DNA of 64,000 bases from a virus (Duplodnaviria; Caudoviricetes). Shown one piece after another: positions 58,054-64,000 of the stretch. Position 1 is the stretch's first letter. Every line of letters begins with the position of its first letter. The stretch spans positions 15,734 to 79,733 of IMG/VR virus record IMGVR_UViG_3300009420_000006. The stretch is one strand, 5' to 3'. The position numbers were made by a program, and so were the translations under genes. A model generated the notes under the pieces. The model was not told where the DNA came from. It worked only from the letters and a program-made list of their open reading frames with translations, and did not search any database.

Positions 58054-61000
58054 ATGAGTAATAGTAACAAATTAGTTTGTGCAGCTAATCCATGCCCCAT
58101 AACACTAAGCAGTGCTTGTGTGTTCTATGAGGGACCTAACTTGGTATGTGCTGGGGTGAATACCAACATGACTGTAGAGGAAGCTCTACAAAGAATTAAT
58201 GATCAGTTATGTATTGGAAGAGGATTAGATGGAACTAGTGGAACTAGTGGAACTTCTGGTACCTCTGGTACTACTGGTACGTCTGGTACAAGTGGCACAT
58301 CAGGAACTTCTGGTACTTCTGGTACTAGTGGAAGTGCTGGAACTAGTGGCTCATCTGCTACATCAGGAACTACAGGAACGTCAGGAACTAGCGGTACTGC
58401 TGGTACTTCAGGTACAACTGGTATAGATGGAGATAAATACAAGACGTGTATTACAGGAACATCATTTACATTAGGTAATACTGTAGATGAATGTTTAACT
58501 GTTGACATTGGTTTAGCTTATACTCCAGGTCAGTCTATTGTTATTGCTCATGATGTAAATAATTATCAAGAATGTGATGTAGTATCTTATGTTCCAGCTA
58601 CAGGAGTACTATGCTTCACCCCACCTTTTAATGTCGTAGGATCAGGTACTTACACTTCATGGTGTATTAATCTAGATGGTGCTACAGGTGGTGATGGTTC
58701 AAGCGGATCAAGTGGTACTTCTGGTACTGCAGGATCTTCAGGTACTACCGGAACAAGTGGTAGTAGTGGAAGTACAGGAACATCAGGGACATCAGGTACA
58801 AGTGCAACTTCTGGAACTAGTGGAACGACTGGTACATCAGGTTCCTCTGGGACATCTGGTACTAGTGGAACTACCGGAACATCAGGTAGTGCAGGAACTA
58901 GTGGTGCAGATGGATCATCAGGTGCTGCTATAGCAAACTGGTATGCTTCATTTTCTTCTAATCAAGATCATGTTCTTCCTGGTGCAAACGTTCCTACTGC
59001 TGCAACTTATAATACTACAGAGCTTGCTAATGGTATAGTGCTAGATGCATTACAACAAATTAGATTTGTACATAGTGGTATATACAAAGTTTCTTATTCT
59101 ACTCAAGTCCGAAATACAGGATCATCTAGTGGAGCAGTTGACATATGGTTAATGAAGAATGGGACAGATATTATACGTAAAGATAGAATAAAAGATCTAT
59201 CACCTTCTGAGGTTAAATATATGCCTTCTGCAGATTACATCTTAACGATGGATGTAGGAGACTATATAGAGATTTTCTTTGCATCTGGTAATGTAAATGT
59301 AGAACTTTTTGCTACAGCTTCTCAAACCCTACCTTTTCAAAAACCTGCAGCTCCATCTATTGTAGTTAATGTACATCAAATAGGAGTATCAGTAGGAAGT
59401 ACTTCAGGTACAACAGGAACATCAGGTACGACTGGAACTTCTGGAACTTCTGGAACAAAAGGAACAAGTGGAACTAGTGGTAGTTCAGGCATAGATGGAA
59501 CATCTGGAAGTTCTGGTACCTCAGGTACATCAGGGACTTCTGGTTCTAGTGGTACAGGAGGAACCTCTGGTACTTCTGGATCTTCTGGTGGTAGTTGTAT
59601 AAGTTACAACCTATCATGTCCAGTTGCTGGAGGAGACTGTGAGGCAGACTATACAGATTGTACAAACGTAGCTCAAACTATTACTATATCCGAAGGAAAT
59701 GCAACGGATGTATGTGCTAAAACTCTACCTATTATTGATAATGGTGGATCTGTAGGGGTTAATGGATTATGTTCTGGTTCTAGTGGAACCTCTGGTTCTT
59801 CTGGAACTGCAGGTAGTAGTGGGACATCTGGTACATCAGGAACATCTGCAGCAGATGGATCAAGTGGTAGTTCTGGAACGTCAGGAACTAGTGGAACTAG
59901 TGGTACATCAGCAGAAGATGGAACATCAGGAACTAGTGGTACTAGTGGATCATCTGGAGAAGATGGTACATCTGGAAGTAGTGGATCGTCAGGTACAGCA
60001 GGTACCTCAGGGTCTAGTGCAACAAGTGGTACGGCTGGAACATCCGGTACGAGTGGTAGTTCTGGTCTTACTGGAGATGATGGAAGTAGTGGAACTAGTG
60101 GATCATCAGGTACATCTGGTACAACAGGTATTGATGGAACCTCTGGTACAACTGGTACTTCAGGTACGTCAGGATCTAGTGGTATAGATGGAACTAGTGG
60201 TACAGCTGGGACAAGTGGTTCTAGTGGAGAAGATGGAACAAGTGGTTCTAGTGGCACTGCAGGGTCTAGTGGCTCTAGTGGTGAAACAGGTAGCTCTGGA
60301 ACAGCTGGTTCAAGTGGCACATCAGGTACTACTGGTGAAGACGGTAGTTCTGGAACAAGTGGTACAAGTGGTGTGAGTGGATCTTCTGGATCTAGTGGTA
60401 CTGCTGGAAGTAGTGGAAGTAGTGGAAATGATGGTACATCAGGCACAAGTGGTACAAGTGGTACCAGTGGCACAACCGGTATAGATGGTACAAGTGGATC
60501 TAGTGGATCTAGTGGAAACAGTGGAAGCTCAGGTACAAGTGGTACCTCAGGGAGTAGTGGATCTTCAGGAGACTCTGGTAGTTCAGGAACCAGTGGTACA
60601 TCTGGCACGAGTGGTTCTAGTGGTAATACTGGTTCTAGTGGAACTAGTGGTACGTCTGGAAGTTCTGGTACAGCAGGTACATCTGGAGCTGACGGTAGTT
60701 TTGGTGGTGCATGTTTCGATTATACATTCTCAACTAATGTTCCTAGTCCTGCAGCAGATCCTGGTCAAGGTAAAGTAGAGTTAAATAATGCTACACAAAC
60801 ATCAGCTACTAGCTTATATATAAGTGAGACAGATGATGATGGTAACAGTATACAATCTTTCCTAGAAAGTATTGATGCATCTACATCAGCAATAAAAGGA
60901 CACGTAAGATTAGCAGATAAAGATGATTCATCTGACTTTATATTATTTGCAATAGATGAATTAACTGACAATGGATCTTGGTGGACATTAGTAATAATAA

Positions 61001-64000
61001 ATGAATCTCAAGGTGGTAATCCTCTTACTAACCTAGAAGATATTACAGCATGTTTTGTATTAACAGGAGATAAAGGAGATCCAGGAGTGGACGGAACATC
61101 TGGAAGCTCAGGAACATCTGGTACGTCTGGAAGCTCAGGTGATAGTGGAAGTAGTGGTTCAAGTGGAACAGCTGGCTCAAGTGGTACAAGTGCACAAGAT
61201 GGAACATCTGGCACCTCTGGAACTAGTGGTAGCTCAGGGACTTCTGGTACAACTGGTACAGATGGAACAAGTGGAACAACTGGTACCTCTGGTACATCAG
61301 GTTCTTCTGCTACATCAGGTACTAGTGGAGAAAGTGGTAGCTCTGGTACGGCTGGTACTAGTGGTAGCTCAGGAACAACTGGCACATCAGGGACTAGTGG
61401 TACAACTGGAGAGGATGGAACCTCTGGTACAAGTGGTAGCAGTGGGACATCTGGTACTAGTGGAGAAACAGGGACATCAGGTACTAGTGGAACAAGTGGG
61501 AGCTCTGGTGAAGATGGTACAAGTGGATCTTCTGGTACAGCTGGAAGTAGTGGTTCATCAGGAACTACAGGTACTTCAGGTACAAGTGGTACGTCTGGAG
61601 AAGACGGAGATGCTGGAACAAGTGGTACTAGTGGCACAAGTGGTACTAGTGGTACGACAGGTACAGATGGAACTTCTGGTACATCAGGTAGCAGTGGTAA
61701 TACTGGAACAAGTGGTACAGCTGGAACATCTGGTTCTTCAGGAACTAGTGGTACATCAGGTGAAGATGGAGATAATGGAACTAGTGGAACCAGTGGTACA
61801 ACTGGTACATCTGGAACATCAGGTACATCTGGTACAGCAGGGGAAGACGGAACATCTGGTACATCTGGTAGTTCAGCAACTTCTGGTACTGCTGGTACAA
61901 CAGGAACGTCTGGTACTTCTGGAACAAGTGGTGATGATGGAACCTCAGGTACATCAGGTAGCTCTGGTAGTAGTGGAACAACTGGTGTAGATGGAACATC
62001 TGGTACAAGTGGAAGCTCAGGAGACGATGGTACTAGTGGTACAAGTGGCACAACAGGAACAAGTGGAAGTAGTGGTACAACCGGTACTTCTGGTACTTCA
62101 GGTACGTCTGGTGAAACAGTTGAAGGTACTAGTGGTACATCTGGTACCTCTGGAGACGATGGTGCTGATGGAACATCTGGAACGTCTGGTAGTAGTGGAT
62201 CTAGTGGTGTAGATGGAGGAGATGGAACTTCAGGAACCTCTGGTTCTTCTGGTTCTTCTGGAGCAGATGGTGGTGATGGTACTAGTGGTACCTCAGGAAC
62301 ATCTGGTTCATCAGGAAATGATGGAGGTGATGGAACAAGTGGTACAAGTGGTACATCTGGTTCATCTGGTTCATCAGGTGATGATGGTGGAGATGGTACA
62401 TCTGGAACTAGTGGCACATCTGGTACTTCTGGAAGTAGTGGTAATGACGGTGGAGATGGAACAAGTGGTACATCTGGTACTACAGGAACATCAGGAACAT
62501 CAGGTACTACAGGTACTTCAGGTAGTTCTGGAGATAGTGGAAGTAGTGGAACAACAGGAACTAGTGGCACATCAGGTAGCTCTGGGGATGATGGAACAAG
62601 TGGAACTTCAGGTACAAGTGGAACATCAGCAAATGATGGAACTTCTGGTACTAGTGGTTCAACAGGTACATCTGGTAGTTCAGGAACTGCTGGAACAAGT
62701 GCTACAAGTGGTACGTCAGGTAGCTCAGCTACAAGTGGTACATCTGGAACAAGCGGTACAAGTGGTGATGATGGAGGAGACGGAACAAGTGGTACTTCAG
62801 GTAGTAGTGGAAATAGTGGCACGTCAGGTACTAGTGGTTCATCTGGAAACAGTGGGACATCAGGAACTTCAGGTAGTAGTGGAAACGATGGTTCCTTTGG
62901 TGGAGCATGTTTTGACTATGAATATAAAGGACAATCAAGTTTAATTCCTTCTACTGTAGGTCAAGGTAATTGTAAGTTGTATTATGCTAATTTTGGGAGT
63001 CAAAGTACAGCTACTAGACTAGACATTAGTTCAAACGATCAACAAGGTGAAGATATTTCTTCATTCTTTGATGCTATAGATGCTGGAACATCTGCAGTTT
63101 TAGGTCATGTAAGGATATCTAAGGAAGATGATCCAACTGCATTTGTATTATATGCAATTAGTAGTGTATCACAACAAGGAGCTTCAGATTATACCATGGG
63201 AATTACAAACGTAGCAGCTTCTACTACCAATCCTCTTTCAACAAACGATGATGTAGCTGTTTGTTTTGTTGTAACAGGTGATAAAGGTGACCCTGGAACT
63301 AGTGGAACTTCTGGAAGTTCAGGAAACTCAGGAAGCTCTGGTACCTCAGGTAGCTCAGGTGATGATGGTGGTGACGGAACTAGTGGTACTTCTGGTTCAT
63401 CAGGAGATAGTGGTACTAGTGGTACAAGTGGATCTTCTGCAACAAGTGGAACAACAGGTACTTCTGGAACAAGTGGTTCTAGTGGATCATCAGGTACAAC
63501 TGGAACCTCTGGAAGCAGTGGTACTTCAGGCGATGATGGTGGAGATGGAACGTCAGGTACAACTGGTACAAGTGGTACGAGTGGTGACGATGGTACATCA
63601 GGAACATCTGGTACAACTGGAACAAGTGGTTCTAGTGGATCGAGTGGGGATGATGGAGCAGATGGTACTAGTGGAACAACTGGTACTAGTGGTACAAGTG
63701 GAGGAGATGGTGGAGATGGTACTAGTGGTACGTCTGGAACGTCAGCTGAGGATGGAGGAGATGGAACTTCTGGAACGTCTGGAACCAGTGGTGCAGATGG
63801 AGGTGATGGAACTTCAGGTACTAGTGGAACTTCTGCAGCAGATGGAGGAGATGGAACCAGTGGAACATCTGGAACCTCTGGTGATGATGGAGGAGATGGT
63901 ACCTCAGGTACATCTGGTAGTAGTGGAAATACTGGTACAGATGGTACAAGTGGTACTAGTGGAACCTCACCAGCAAGTCAAGTTACAGGTTCTGGAACAA
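58054..64000 (+). CDS. Giant Gly-Thr-Ser triplet fibre protein (3'-truncated; missing from the ORF track)
   Basis: ATG at 58054 ([28 protein letters not shown]). The frame reads through six G-X-X tracts and five intervening globular domains, with no stop seen before the window end. Confidence 0.9.
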   Translation, partial: MSNSNKLVCAANPCPITLSSACVFYEGPNLVCAGVNTNMTVEEALQRINDQLCIGRGLDGTSGTSGTSGTSGTTGTSGTSGTSGTSGTSGTSGSAGTSGSSATSGTTGTSGTSGTAGTSGTTGIDGDKYKTCITGTSFTLGNTVDECLTVDIGLAYTPGQSIVIAHDVNNYQECDVVSYVPATGVLCFTPPFNVVGSGTYTSWCINLDGATGGDGSSGSSGTSGTAGSSGTTGTSGSSGSTGTSGTSGTSATSGTSGTTGTSGSSGTSGTSGTTGTSGSAGTSGADGSSGAAIANWYASFSSNQDHVLPGANVPTAATYNTTELANGIVLDALQQIRFVHSGIYKVSYSTQVRNTGSSSGAVDIWLMKNGTDIIRKDRIKDLSPSEVKYMPSADYILTMDVGDYIEIFFASGNVNVELFATASQTLPFQKPAAPSIVVNVHQIGVSVGSTSGTTGTSGTTGTSGTSGTKGTSGTSGSSGIDGTSGSSGTSGTSGTSGSSGTGGTSGTSGSSGGSCISYNLSCPVAGGDCEADYTDCTNVAQTITISEGNATDVCAKTLPIIDNGGSVGVNGLCSGSSGTSGSSGTAGSSGTSGTSGTSAADGSSGSSGTSGTSGTSGTSAEDGTSGTSGTSGSSGEDGTSGSSGSSGTAGTSGSSATSGTAGTSGTSGSSGLTGDDGSSGTSGSSGTSGTTGIDGTSGTTGTSGTSGSSGIDGTSGTAGTSGSSGEDGTSGSSGTAGSSGSSGETGSSGTAGSSGTSGTTGEDGSSGTSGTSGVSGSSGSSGTAGSSGSSGNDGTSGTSGTSGTSGTTGIDGTSGSSGSSGNSGSSGTSGTSGSSGSSGDSGSSGTSGTSGTSGSSGNTGSSGTSGTSGSSGTAGTSGADGSFGGACFDYTFSTNVPSPAADPGQGKVELNNATQTSATSLYISETDDDGNSIQSFLESIDASTSAIKGHVRLADKDDSSDFILFAIDELTDNGSWWTLVIINESQGGNPLTNLEDITACFVLTGDKGDPGVDGTSGSSGTSGTSGSSGDSGSSGSSGTAGSSGTSAQDGTSGTSGTSGSSGTSGTTGTDGTSGTTGTSGTSGSSATSGTSGESGSSGTAGTSGSSGTTGTSGTSGTTGEDGTSGTSGSSGTSGTSGETGTSGTSGTSGSSGEDGTSGSSGTAGSSGSSGTTGTSGTSGTSGEDGDAGTSGTSGTSGTSGTTGTDGTSGTSGSSGNTGTSGTAGTSGSSGTSGTSGEDGDNGTSGTSGTTGTSGTSGTSGTAGEDGTSGTSGSSATSGTAGTTGTSGTSGTSGDDGTSGTSGSSGSSGTTGVDGTSGTSGSSGDDGTSGTSGTTGTSGSSGTTGTSGTSGTSGETVEGTSGTSGTSGDDGADGTSGTSGSSGSSGVDGGDGTSGTSGSSGSSGADGGDGTSGTSGTSGSSGNDGGDGTSGTSGTSGSSGSSGDDGGDGTSGTSGTSGTSGSSGNDGGDGTSGTSGTTGTSGTSGTTGTSGSSGDSGSSGTTGTSGTSGSSGDDGTSGTSGTSGTSANDGTSGTSGSTGTSGSSGTAGTSATSGTSGSSATSGTSGTSGTSGDDGGDGTSGTSGSSGNSGTSGTSGSSGNSGTSGTSGSSGNDGSFGGACFDYEYKGQSSLIPSTVGQGNCKLYYANFGSQSTATRLDISSNDQQGEDISSFFDAIDAGTSAVLGHVRISKEDDPTAFVLYAISSVSQQGASDYTMGITNVAASTTNPLSTNDDVAVCFVVTGDKGDPGTSGTSGSSGNSGSSGTSGSSGDDGGDGTSGTSGSSGDSGTSGTSGSSATSGTTGTSGTSGSSGSSGTTGTSGSSGTSGDDGGDGTSGTTGTSGTSGDDGTSGTSGTTGTSGSSGSSGDDGADGTSGTTGTSGTSGGDGGDGTSGTSGTSAEDGGDGTSGTSGTSGADGGDGTSGTSGTSAADGGDGTSGTSGTSGDDGGDGTSGTSGSSGNTGTDGTSGTSGTSPASQVTGSGT
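58231..63970 (+). repeat. Degenerate 9-bp coding tandem repeat (GGN ACN AGT/TCN)
   Basis: Approximate tracts at 58231-58430, 58678-58923, 59395-59590, 59776-60700, 61066-62900 and 63280-63970. Confidence 0.9.

Noticed and set aside
58203-62944. Long minus-strand VPLVPEVP ORFs and alternative-frame plus-strand LVVLVE ORFs
   Set aside because: They are shadows of the GTS codon repeat; the real gene is the + frame starting at 58054.
1-64000. Stop-codon reassignment, known in some crAss-like lineages
   Set aside because: Multi-kb ORFs are intact in the standard code, and TAG (18717, 19596) and TGA (10811, 27781) end genes immediately before the next start.

Overview
This AT-rich window has all credible genes on the + strand and looks like the virion module of a crAss-like (Crassvirales) phage of a Bacteroidota host, read in the standard code. 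Gene order: portal C-terminus, scaffold, major capsid protein, ring, auxiliary capsid and tail hub genes, a ~10 kb block of Cys-rich, poly-Thr-linked fibre genes, a metallophosphoesterase, ring/IHF/tail-tube genes, a split muzzle gene, giant cargo proteins including the DFDID virion RNA polymerase, and a >1,980 aa Gly-Thr-Ser repeat fibre that runs off the window. Main points of interest: (1) a modular virion surface built from paralogous N-terminal modules and Thr stalks, one carrying an intact trypsin-like protease; (2) a recurring KAQxG/xxGG tag at the domain boundaries of the cargo proteins; (3) a repeat-delimited cassette array in the RNAP polyprotein; (4) a hairpin whose loop is complementary to a leader box found at -32 of two structural genes, plus two shared upstream motifs. 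Family assignments come from motif recognition and gene order, not database searches.
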